NCBI GenBank assembly: GCA_964410915.1
Contig: CAYPIU010000003.1
Coordinates: forward strand, 21,748-85,747
Length of the DNA: 64,000 nt
Source of the DNA: an uncultured Synergistales bacterium
Lineage (GTDB): Bacteria > Synergistota > Synergistia > Synergistales > JAFGMB01
Reading direction: 5' to 3'
Part shown: one piece after another, positions 17,405 through 25,794 of the stretch
How the letters are laid out: each line of letters begins with the position of its first letter
Numbering within the stretch: the stretch's first letter is position 1
Notes under the pieces: generated by a model
Told to the model about the DNA's origin: nothing
Databases searched by the model: none
What the model saw: the letters and a program-made list of their open reading frames with translations, nothing else
Program-made: the position numbers and the translations under genes

Positions 17405-18320
17405 CATATCAAATAGTAAAAATAATCCAGCCATTACAGGGATATTTGCCCCGGTACCCACTCCTTTTGACGGGGAAGAGAACATCTATTTCGAAAAATT
17501 CGAAGAAAACCTGCATAAATGGGCACTTACTCCACTGACGGGTATTGTCGTACTTGGTTCAAATGGAGAGTTCGTTTCTCTTTCCGGAAGGGAGAAGGTG
17601 GATGTTATTTCCTTTGTCAGGGAAAATTTCCCCGCAGATCGTCCCGTTATAGCTGGTACTGGATGTGAGAGTACCATCGAGACCATAAGACTTACCCGGG
17701 AGGCTTCAGACGCAGGAGTCCAGGCGGCTTTAGTTGTTAATCCCCGTTATTACAGGTCTGCTATGACCGATCAGGCTCTTGAGGCTCATTATTTCAGAAT
17801 AGCGGATTCTTCAGCGGTGCCGATAATGATCTATAACATGCCTGGTAATACGGGAATAAATATGTCGGCTGATCTTCTTGTCAAATTATCACAGCACCCG
17901 AATATTCAAGGTGTGAAGGATAGCGGGGGGAATATAGTCCAGATATCCAGCGTAATTAAAGGAACATCCAGTGATTTTTCGGTTTTTGCCGGATCCGGAA
18001 GTTATCTTCTGCCTGTCCTGTTGATGGGTGGTGTCGGCGCTACAATGGCAGTAGCCAATGTTGCCCCTGAACACTGTGTGAATATATGCAAGGCTTTTCA
18101 AAATGGAGACATGGAAAAGGCACGTAATATGCAACTTGACCTTCTGGATCTTAATACGGCGGTCACGAAAAAATATGGAATTGCCGGGCTGAAATATGTC
18201 CTGGACAGAAGAGGTTATTACGGTGGTCCATGCAGGATGCCCCTTGCTCCTTTGAGTTCAGATTCTAAACATGAAGTAGATATTATCCTTGAAAAATTTG
18301 ATTCAATAAGTTACCAGTAG
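17394..18320 (+). CDS. DHDPS/N-acetylneuraminate-lyase family class I aldolase (DapA-like)
   Basis: Contains GSNGEF (GxxGE), YNMPGNTG (YNxP) and GVKDSGGN (Schiff-base lysine motif). The likely ATG at 17394 overlaps the end of buk copy 2. Confidence 0.85.
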   Translation: MKTDISNSKNNPAITGIFAPVPTPFDGEENIYFEKFEENLHKWALTPLTGIVVLGSNGEFVSLSGREKVDVISFVRENFPADRPVIAGTGCESTIETIRLTREASDAGVQAALVVNPRYYRSAMTDQALEAHYFRIADSSAVPIMIYNMPGNTGINMSADLLVKLSQHPNIQGVKDSGGNIVQISSVIKGTSSDFSVFAGSGSYLLPVLLMGGVGATMAVANVAPEHCVNICKAFQNGDMEKARNMQLDLLDLNTAVTKKYGIAGLKYVLDRRGYYGGPCRMPLAPLSSDSKHEVDIILEKFDSISYQ

Positions 18321-18358
18321 ATGCTTCAGGGAAATATTTTTATCAGGAGGAAGATATA

Positions 18359-19309
18359 ATGAAAGTTGTTCTTCTCGAACCCCTTGGGGTTTCCGAGGCA
18401 GTACTACAGGACCTTTTTAAGCCATTTAAAGAACAGGGACATGAACTTGTCTGTTACAAGAATAGAGTTGAAGATGTCCAGGTTCTAAGGGAAAGGGGCA
18501 TAGATGCAGATATCCTTATGCTGGCAAATCTTCCGCTGCCAGGAGAAGTAATTGAAAGTTGTAAAAAGCTTAAGATGATCTCTGTAGCTTTTACAGGTAT
18601 TGACCATATTGACATGGAAGCATGCAGAAAAAAGGATATTACTGTTTCGAACTGTGCCGGCTATTCCACTGAATCGGTTGCAGAGCTTGCTCTCGGGCTA
18701 ATGATCGCCCTGTCACGTTTTATCCTGTCCTGTGATCAGGCGACGAGAAACGGCGAAACAAGGAAGGGACTCATTGGCCATGAACTTTCCGGTAAAACTG
18801 TTGGGATAATTGGTACAGGAGCGATCGGTATGCAGGTGGCCAGGATATGTAAGGCAATGGGATGCAGGGTCATAGCTCACAGCAGGACTGAGAGGGAAGA
18901 TGCCCTTGAAATGGGTATCAAGTATGTTCCCCTCGAAATGCTTATGGGAGAGAGCGATGTAGTCAGTGTTCATGTTCCCTCAAATTCCACAACTGCCGGA
19001 ATGATAGGTCTTGAAATGATCAGCAGGATGAAGAGCTCATCAATACTGATAAATGTGGCAAGAGGTGCAATTGTTGATTCAAAGGCCCTGGCAGAAGCTC
19101 TTGAAAACGGGCGGATCTCTGGAGCAGGTATTGATGTTTTTGAAATGGAACCTCCTATCCCCTCGGATCATCCTCTTCTGAATGCACCTAATGTTGTTCT
19201 TGCTCCTCATGTTGCTTTTGCCACATCGGAAGCCTTTGAAAAAAGAGCTGTAATGGTATTTGAAAATATAAGATGCTGGCTTGATGGAGAACCGCGCAAT
19301 GTAATGTAG
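18359..19309 (+). CDS. D-isomer-specific 2-hydroxyacid dehydrogenase family (glyoxylate/hydroxypyruvate/PGDH-like)
   Basis: 316 aa. Contains GIIGTGAIGMQVA (NAD fold), NVARGAIVD and DVFEMEP, with an AGGAGG RBS. Confidence 0.88.
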   Translation: MKVVLLEPLGVSEAVLQDLFKPFKEQGHELVCYKNRVEDVQVLRERGIDADILMLANLPLPGEVIESCKKLKMISVAFTGIDHIDMEACRKKDITVSNCAGYSTESVAELALGLMIALSRFILSCDQATRNGETRKGLIGHELSGKTVGIIGTGAIGMQVARICKAMGCRVIAHSRTEREDALEMGIKYVPLEMLMGESDVVSVHVPSNSTTAGMIGLEMISRMKSSSILINVARGAIVDSKALAEALENGRISGAGIDVFEMEPPIPSDHPLLNAPNVVLAPHVAFATSEAFEKRAVMVFENIRCWLDGEPRNVM

Positions 19310-19330
19310 CTGAAAGGGGTAGTTTATATT

Positions 19331-19705
19331 ATGAAGCCAGAGAATAAAGCTGTCCTTTGGGGAGTCGAGCAGCTTCTTGAAAATGCAGCAAAGGGCACAG
19401 ATGGTAAAAACCCTGAAAAGGGTATTTCTATATCTTTCCTTGCTCATACGGAAGGGATAAGTATAAATGTAGTAGAGCTTGAAAAGGGAATTGATCCGCA
19501 TAGCCATCATGAACATGACGAAGTTATAACGATCCTTGAAGGATCTGGTGAGGCCAGGATCGATGGAGTATCCAGGGAAGTAAAACCAGGTGACGTAATA
19601 TTCTGTCCAAGAGGAACTACTCATGGTTTCAACTTCAGGGTTAAACTTTTCTCCGTTTATACTCCTTATTTTGACAGTTCGAGTCCAGACCGTTTTTTCG
19701 AGTGA
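19331..19705 (+). CDS. Cupin-domain protein
   Basis: 124 aa. Contains HSHHEHDEVITILEG...G and GDVIFCPRGTTHGF, the two-motif cupin signature. Confidence 0.75.
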   Translation: MKPENKAVLWGVEQLLENAAKGTDGKNPEKGISISFLAHTEGISINVVELEKGIDPHSHHEHDEVITILEGSGEARIDGVSREVKPGDVIFCPRGTTHGFNFRVKLFSVYTPYFDSSSPDRFFE

Positions 19706-19734
19706 CCTCAAAATCTTTTTAGGATGTATGGGTT

Positions 19735-19769
19735 AAAGGGAATCCATATTTTCAAGATGGACTCCCTTT
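19735..19769. terminator. Hairpin between the convergent cupin and GGDEF genes
   Basis: aaagggaatccat-(9 nt)-atggactcccttt, with one mismatch and A/T-run flanks on both sides. Confidence 0.55.
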
Positions 19770-19801
19770 AGTCTATTCTGATAGAGATCATTGTTTTTTG
19801 T

Positions 19802-21331
19802 TCAAAGAAGTTTTTCTGTCCGGTTTTTTCCGTTGGCTTTGGCTTTGTAGAGAGCCTTGTCAGCTCTTGCATAGATGTCATCAAGTTTTTTGTCTTCTTC
19901 TCTGGATTCAGTGATACCAATGCTCAGAGTTACATTGAAATCCCTGCCGTGAAATCTGTTGAAAGTTTCATGTCGTATTCGCTCAGCTATCACAGAGGCG
20001 TGAGAATGATCTGTTTCCGGCATCATGATCATAAATTCATCACCACCCCATCGGGCTATGGTATCCGTTTTTCTAAGGGTTTTGATGCATGTTTCAGTAA
20101 TTGTCTGAAGGACCAGATCTCCAAGTGCATGGCCAAAATTGTCATTCAGTGTTTTGAATTCATCTACATCGAACATAATAAAAGAAAGGTTGGTTTTATA
20201 ACGCTTGCGGATGTTCATGGTATACTCCGCAATTTCATCAAATTTCCTTCGGTTGAAAACCTTAGTGAGCGGATCTGTCGAAGCCAAACTTTCAAGCTTT
20301 TCAGTAAATCTTGCATTGTAGTAAGCGAATAGAAGAATTACGCAGAAGAGAAGAAATGCATAAAGGGATCTTGAAATAAACAGTTTTCTTAGGAACAGGG
20401 GATATGAATCATTTTCATAAAGTGCTATATATCCTGCATGTTGTCCTTGAATATTCTCTATGGCCATTAGCGAAATTATATAACCAGTCCCATCGATTTT
20501 GCAGAAAAGCGGAAAGGAATCTCTGGACCTCATTTTTCTGGAGGTACGGTCAGATATCTCGCTTCTTATCTTACTGATGATCTCGTTGCTTATTACAGGA
20601 TCTCTGTCGAGAAAAGCTTTGTCAATAACATATTCATCAGAAAGCCCCGAGGCAGTGTAATTATTTTGCTCGGACTCGAAAACTTTTTCTTTTACTATTT
20701 CACGAGACATCAAAAATTCCATCTGTATTCCTGCAATTCTGGCGAGCTGATCTGACAGAGGTATGAAGGAAATACTGTTCTCGACTGTTCCGATATGTCT
20801 TCCATTGTAGTTTAACGGGAAAACGAACCGGTAGCCGTTGAATATCCGGCCTTCCTCGAAGCCCTCAATTACTTCTTTTTTAGCATTTGCAAGGGTTACC
20901 GATGTTCTTACATCCGACAGATCATCTCCATATTTCCCAGGCCTGTGCATTCTGAGGAAGCTTGAAGAGTCGGGGAAATGAAAATGTACCTGTCTAAAGC
21001 CTTTATTCTTCATTTCTTTATAGACCTGTCCGACCTTTTCCAGAAGTCTTTTCCTGTAAAAATCCCTGATGGCTTGAGTTTCAGCATCCCAGGCGTTTTC
21101 AACAATATAAAGGATCTCGTCTGTTTCTATAAGGGTTTTGAAAAGGAGTTCTGAAATACTCCTGTAGTTGTTGAGAACCGACTTGAGAGTATATTCCGAT
21201 CTTTCAAGTTTCTGGTCCAGGTATACTTCTGAGCTGTTTTCAAAATTTATGAAAAGAAAATAAAATACTGCCAGGTAAATTCCTAATAAAGACAGAAAAA
21301 AGTATTTATAGCGTTTTATGGTTTTGCACAT
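19802..21331 (-). CDS. Diguanylate cyclase with N-terminal TM plus Cache-type extracytoplasmic sensor
   Basis: 509 aa. RWGGDEFMIMM supplies the GGDEF motif. LRMHRPGKYGDDLSDVR is typical of Cache_3/Cache_2 sensors. A second TM precedes the GGDEF domain. Confidence 0.88.
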   Translation of the reverse strand: MCKTIKRYKYFFLSLLGIYLAVFYFLFINFENSSEVYLDQKLERSEYTLKSVLNNYRSISELLFKTLIETDEILYIVENAWDAETQAIRDFYRKRLLEKVGQVYKEMKNKGFRQVHFHFPDSSSFLRMHRPGKYGDDLSDVRTSVTLANAKKEVIEGFEEGRIFNGYRFVFPLNYNGRHIGTVENSISFIPLSDQLARIAGIQMEFLMSREIVKEKVFESEQNNYTASGLSDEYVIDKAFLDRDPVISNEIISKIRSEISDRTSRKMRSRDSFPLFCKIDGTGYIISLMAIENIQGQHAGYIALYENDSYPLFLRKLFISRSLYAFLLFCVILLFAYYNARFTEKLESLASTDPLTKVFNRRKFDEIAEYTMNIRKRYKTNLSFIMFDVDEFKTLNDNFGHALGDLVLQTITETCIKTLRKTDTIARWGGDEFMIMMPETDHSHASVIAERIRHETFNRFHGRDFNVTLSIGITESREEDKKLDDIYARADKALYKAKANGKNRTEKLL

Positions 21332-21477
21332 CCGGGTCTCACCCTAACTTGTAAAAATCGTATTTCAAGGTTTTAGATCTTCAGGTAAAAGGGAAATAGA
21401 AAAACTCAGGATATTATTGCAGGATTCATGGGTATTGTTTAAAAGCACCCTGGGCTGAAAAATTTCTGCATATAAGG

Positions 21478-22035
21478 TTAATGGTTAAAAATACTTTTAC
21501 CTGCGTCTCTGATCTCTTTTATAAGCTCGGGTTTGCAAGCAGCAGAGTTTTTTGGATAGAGCCCTGTTTTACAAAATTCTCCCTCTACCTGGAGTCCAAG
21601 AAGAGAACAGCTTTCACGGAAAGAGAATTTCAGCCCGTCATAACAGCTTTCATCCTCATCACCTGCACTGGCGATAAGTACGGCCTTCTTGCCATTCAGT
21701 TCTGTCAGGGCATCATCAGACATAAAGGGAAGAAGTCGATCTATAACAGGTTTTATCTGGGCGCTCCAGGAAAACCAGTATAGAGGCGTAGCAAAAATGA
21801 TAAGATCAGCCTCGCATAAAGATCCATAGATACTGTCCATTTCATCTTCAATGATACAGGGTTTCCCTCCAGTCCAGCATTCTCTACAGTCCATACATCC
21901 CCTGATATTCATTTCAGAAGTGCGAAACCTGTCTATTTCAACTGCTTGACTGAAAGATGAAACAAAAGCTTCGGCAAGGGTTTCACTATTGGCAAATTTC
22001 CGTGGACTTCCAAAGATCATAGTTATCCGTTTCAT
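21478..22035 (-). CDS. Flavodoxin-like NAD(P)H-dependent FMN reductase / iron-sulfur flavoprotein-like
   Basis: 185 aa. Contains FGSPRKFANSE, a CMDCRECW...C cysteine cluster and ADLIIFATPLYW. Confidence 0.75.
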   Translation of the reverse strand: MKRITMIFGSPRKFANSETLAEAFVSSFSQAVEIDRFRTSEMNIRGCMDCRECWTGGKPCIIEDEMDSIYGSLCEADLIIFATPLYWFSWSAQIKPVIDRLLPFMSDDALTELNGKKAVLIASAGDEDESCYDGLKFSFRESCSLLGLQVEGEFCKTGLYPKNSAACKPELIKEIRDAGKSIFNH

Positions 22036-22038
22036 TCT

Positions 22039-22491
22039 TCATTTCTCCTTTCGCTTTATCGTTATAGATTCCGGATCTTTCGATCTTTTTCCTTCTTTCA
22101 ACCGGTCAAGTAACTTTTGAGACTGGGAAATAAGGTCATAAATGTCAAGGCCGCATGTCTCGGGGCTGTATCCATTTAGGAGAACAGTACCACTTTCGAG
22201 AAGCGAAGCTGCACCTCTTTGATTATTTCCGCTCAAATGGTACAGGGCAACTGCAATTTGGAGGATCCCCCTGTAAAAATCCCTCAGGCTGTTATCACCA
22301 TGTCCCCACAAGTGTTCCATTACATCATGGCAAAGATAAAAACTGCCGTTGTTGAAAAGGGTTATTCCGAAATCGAGCACGGATTCATCATCAAGAGATG
22401 AAAGCATTTCATCCATATTGTTGCCATTTAAAAATCCGTCCACTTTAGCTTCCATCCCCTTGCCGGCTGAGTCATTTCCTATAAAAATCAT
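22039..22491 (-). CDS. DUF309-like protein
   Basis: 150 aa. FNNGSFYLCHDVMEHLW resembles the DUF309 core motif. The identification comes from motif memory only. Confidence 0.55.
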   Translation of the reverse strand: MIFIGNDSAGKGMEAKVDGFLNGNNMDEMLSSLDDESVLDFGITLFNNGSFYLCHDVMEHLWGHGDNSLRDFYRGILQIAVALYHLSGNNQRGAASLLESGTVLLNGYSPETCGLDIYDLISQSQKLLDRLKEGKRSKDPESITIKRKEK

Positions 22492-23018
22492 TCACTGCTA
22501 TACTGGCTGATTTTCTCCAGCATTTTTTCTGCTGCCCCGCTGTCAAGCTTACCCCTCATAAGAAAGGCATCTCCATTGGGAGCGCCACGCCTGTGATAAT
22601 AAGATCTGAGTTTAGTTATTATCCTGAAATCTGCCTTTTGGTATATTCTTATCGCCTGTATATTATTTATCTCGACCTGAAGTACACCTTCCGTACAATT
22701 CTCGGAAATACCCCAATTGACCATATGAACAAAAAGAGATGTAGCAAGACCTTGCCTTCGATGATATGGGTTTATTGCTAAATTATCTATGTGAAGAAGT
22801 TTGCCTCTGGCTCTGCACGATCCATATCCAGCAAGCTTTCCATTGATAAATATTCCCGGGAAATGGGAATTCTTTAAACATACAAGGATAAATGAGGGAT
22901 GCCAGGCATCAGGACCAAAGGATTCTTTTTCGATAAAGGTAATCTCTGAAAGATCATCAACAGAACAGATCTGTATATGTTGGTTCTGTCTGATTAGGGG
23001 ATGTTCTGATAAAACCAT
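22488..23018 (-). CDS. GNAT-family N-acetyltransferase (RimI-like)
   Basis: 176 aa. Contains NLAINPYHRRQGLATSL (acetyl-CoA-binding Q/RxxGxG/A motif). There is a 4-nt overlap with the downstream gene. Confidence 0.85.
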   Translation of the reverse strand: MVLSEHPLIRQNQHIQICSVDDLSEITFIEKESFGPDAWHPSFILVCLKNSHFPGIFINGKLAGYGSCRARGKLLHIDNLAINPYHRRQGLATSLFVHMVNWGISENCTEGVLQVEINNIQAIRIYQKADFRIITKLRSYYHRRGAPNGDAFLMRGKLDSGAAEKMLEKISQYSSE

Positions 23019-23546
23019 TTATCCTGTTTCTCCTTTCCTTATCCAGAGGCTCCTTCCTTAAATAAATATATCATAAGTTTAGTCATTAAAAATTCCTGGA
23101 TATAAATAAAAAATACATTATTTTTTGTATAATATATAATATGTAGTATAAATATATTAGATAAAATAAAGGTCAATAAAAATATAATCAAACAGTAAAT
23201 TTTAGACGCAATTGAAAAAAGTGCTGATGAAATTATTTAACATGAAAGATGGATAGGCATAACTCGAGTCAGTTTTTATGGAAAAAACTGCGGCTTGAAT
23301 TGCATACAGGATCGAAGGCCTGGCCTGCTCCATATAGGGTGATCCTTTAATTCCAGGGATGTTATGGTCTCTGATTACCATGTAGCCGTTATCTTCACGA
23401 TAAAGACCATTGCCATGGCCATTGTATATCTTCTTCATGAGGATTCTGGCGAGCCTGGCAGGATCATAGATCAGTTCCGTCCGGTTCTGTCGAGGGAGGA
23501 ATATATCAAAAAACTGGACAAATATTTCAGCTGAAGAAAGAAGGAG

Positions 23547-24368
23547 TTGCAATTGAAGAACTGGAAAGTCCACGGGATTGTTCTTGTACTTGTCATTATT
23601 TCTGAATTAACAGGTATTTATGCTTTCAAGATCGGTCCGGGAAAGATCGTACTTTTACCAATGCTTTATGCTCTTATTTTCGGCCTGTTTACAGGTCCAA
23701 AGTTTTTAAAAATCGTAAACAGGAAAGATATGGTAGATGCAGGAAGCCTGATAGGGATAACCCTGATGCTGCTTATGGCCAGATATGGGACACTTGTGGG
23801 GCCTAATCTTCCCGCGATCATTAAATCCGGTCCTGCCCTTCTACTCCAGGAGCTTGGAAATCTGGGAACGATCTTTGTGGGTATTCCCCTCGCCATATAC
23901 CTGGGTCTTAAGAGGGAGTCAATAGGTGCTGCACATTCAGTCGCGAGAGAACCTAATGTTGCACTTATAGGGGATGTTTATGGTTTTGATGGTCCTGAAG
24001 GCCAGGGCGTAATGGGTGTATACATTTGCGGAACTGTTTTTGGAACCATATTTTATGGTCTTATGGCAACTACTATTGCTGCATATTTTCCATTTTTCCA
24101 TCCTGAAGCACTGGCAATGGCTTCAGGTGTGGGAAGTGCAAGTATGATGACTGCCTCTGTAGGTTCTTTAAGTGCAATGTTTCCCGAGATCTCTGAAAAA
24201 CTCATAGCCTTAGGCGCTGCGAGTAATATGCTTTCAGGACTGGACGGACTTTACGTGTCTCTCTGGCTTGCCCTGCCCGTCTCTGAATGGCTTTATAAAA
24301 AAGTGCACAGGATAAGATATGGAAGTCTGACAGAAAAGTCTGCAGTTCAGGAAGGAGGAGTTGAATAA
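23547..24368 (+). CDS. Polytopic membrane protein (size and topology consistent with DUF3100-type putative transporter)
   Basis: 273 aa with about 7-8 hydrophobic segments. TTG start 7 nt after an AAGGAG RBS. The family assignment is not verifiable here. Confidence 0.65.
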   Translation: MQLKNWKVHGIVLVLVIISELTGIYAFKIGPGKIVLLPMLYALIFGLFTGPKFLKIVNRKDMVDAGSLIGITLMLLMARYGTLVGPNLPAIIKSGPALLLQELGNLGTIFVGIPLAIYLGLKRESIGAAHSVAREPNVALIGDVYGFDGPEGQGVMGVYICGTVFGTIFYGLMATTIAAYFPFFHPEALAMASGVGSASMMTASVGSLSAMFPEISEKLIALGAASNMLSGLDGLYVSLWLALPVSEWLYKKVHRIRYGSLTEKSAVQEGGVE

Positions 24369-24823
24369 TGAAAAAAATGTCCATTATGGAGATCCTTTTT
24401 GTTCTCTTCATTGTCGGAGCGATGTCCCTTGTCGGAAATTCTGTGGGCTTCAAAAACAGTATTGTCCAGTCCATACCGGGGATGCTGATTCTTATAGCAA
24501 TGTCAATGGCAGGTGTTTCTGCTTCAAGGCTCATACCCGGAAATATTCCCAGTGTTGCTTATATTGTAGTTATCGGCTGTATTCTTACCTATCCATCTTT
24601 TCCTGGTGCGGAAGTCATTTCAGGATTTATAAAGAATGTAAGTTTCCTTTCTCTGACAACTCCTATTCTCGCCTATGCCGGTATTTCTATAGGCAAGGAT
24701 CTTGATGCTCTCAAAAAGACTGGATGGAGAATAGTTGTAGTTGCCATTTTTGTTTTCATAGGGACATATCTTGGATCTGCAATAATCGCGGAAAGTACTC
24801 TCAGGCTAACAGGCCAGGTTTGA
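24368..24823 (+). CDS. Small 4-TM membrane protein, translationally coupled to the upstream membrane protein
   Basis: 151 aa. Its ATG overlaps the upstream stop (TAATGA). Confidence 0.65.
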   Translation: MKKMSIMEILFVLFIVGAMSLVGNSVGFKNSIVQSIPGMLILIAMSMAGVSASRLIPGNIPSVAYIVVIGCILTYPSFPGAEVISGFIKNVSFLSLTTPILAYAGISIGKDLDALKKTGWRIVVVAIFVFIGTYLGSAIIAESTLRLTGQV

Positions 24824-24898
24824 TAGCTTGCAGCCTTTTTTATATGAAATTTAAATCTCAGTGAGGAGACTAACGGTTCTCCTCGCTGAGAAAACTGG

Positions 24899-25216
24899 TT
24901 ATAAAATATCTTTTTTCATTTTCTCATATTCTTCTTTCGTGATCTCGCCTCTGGCGTACCTTTTTTTGAGTATTTCCAGTGCCCCTTCCTCTTTAAATCT
25001 TTCCGGCTGGAACGTTTCAGTTCCTCTTCTGAAAAAATAGACCAGAATAAAAATGAATATCAGGATAATAATGAACATGGGGATCATCATCATTCCCCTG
25101 AAAGGGCCGAACATCATATGGTGCATGTTCCATCCATTTCCTGAATTTCCCTGATCTGCAAATGCTGAAGTAACGGATAGAAAAAGGAAAATATTTCCTG
25201 AAATAATATTTTTCAT
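24899..25216 (-). CDS. SHOCT-domain membrane protein
   Basis: 105 aa with a signal/TM, a Met/His-rich stretch, a TM, and a C-terminal ILKKRYARGEITKEEYEKMKKDIL (SHOCT motif). Confidence 0.75.
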   Translation of the reverse strand: MKNIISGNIFLFLSVTSAFADQGNSGNGWNMHHMMFGPFRGMMMIPMFIIILIFIFILVYFFRRGTETFQPERFKEEGALEILKKRYARGEITKEEYEKMKKDIL

Positions 25217-25794
25217 AATATACTCCTCTTTTCTACTTCTTTACCCTGATATCATATTATATCAGATCGCCTTGAATTTTCAGAGCCGGAACTTCTAAAT
25301 CCGGTCTTTCTAATGGCATATAGATCTCAAGACATGTATTTTGCAAGTTACGATTTATTGAGATAATAAAGTTCGAAGTTCGGGTTCCTTGTTGGAAGAA
25401 TTGCATAAAAATAACTAAAGTATATTATAGTGAGCCTGTTAAAAAGGCTCGATCTGTTAAAGAGGGTAAGTTCTGACTAATGAGTGAAAAATTGTGCTTC
25501 TATAGGATTTTAATTCAACTTTCGCAGTACGAAATAGCATAAATCTTTTATAACGTTACGGGCAGAAGAAGCTTGAACAATGTAAAGAATTCACTGAACT
25601 TTTTTCTCATAGAGCAATGCAGTACCGTCAGACTTCCCCTCGGGGCATCGGTTCTGATTCTGTTAACCACCTTCTTATGGGAGGTACGCCCATCCTGCCA
25701 AACTATTTTAACTTAGTTTTGGAATCTCTTATATTTATTTGTACAGTCATTGCAGGTTTTTTTTAGTTTTCAAGATACTGTGAAAGTTGAAGTG

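Noticed and set aside
23300-23360. A T-box-like string (ATAGGGTGATCC) in the putative leader of the membrane-protein pair.
   Set aside because: It matches only part of the T-box consensus. No specifier loop, AG bulge or antiterminator/terminator alternative could be built.
25636-25690. tRNA- or tmRNA-like strings (GGGGCATCGGTTCTGATTCTG resembling a tmRNA 5' end or T-arm, and ...AACCACC).
   Set aside because: No acceptor stem, D-arm or anticodon arm, or proper T-stem complementarity could be drawn. The match is a short chance similarity.
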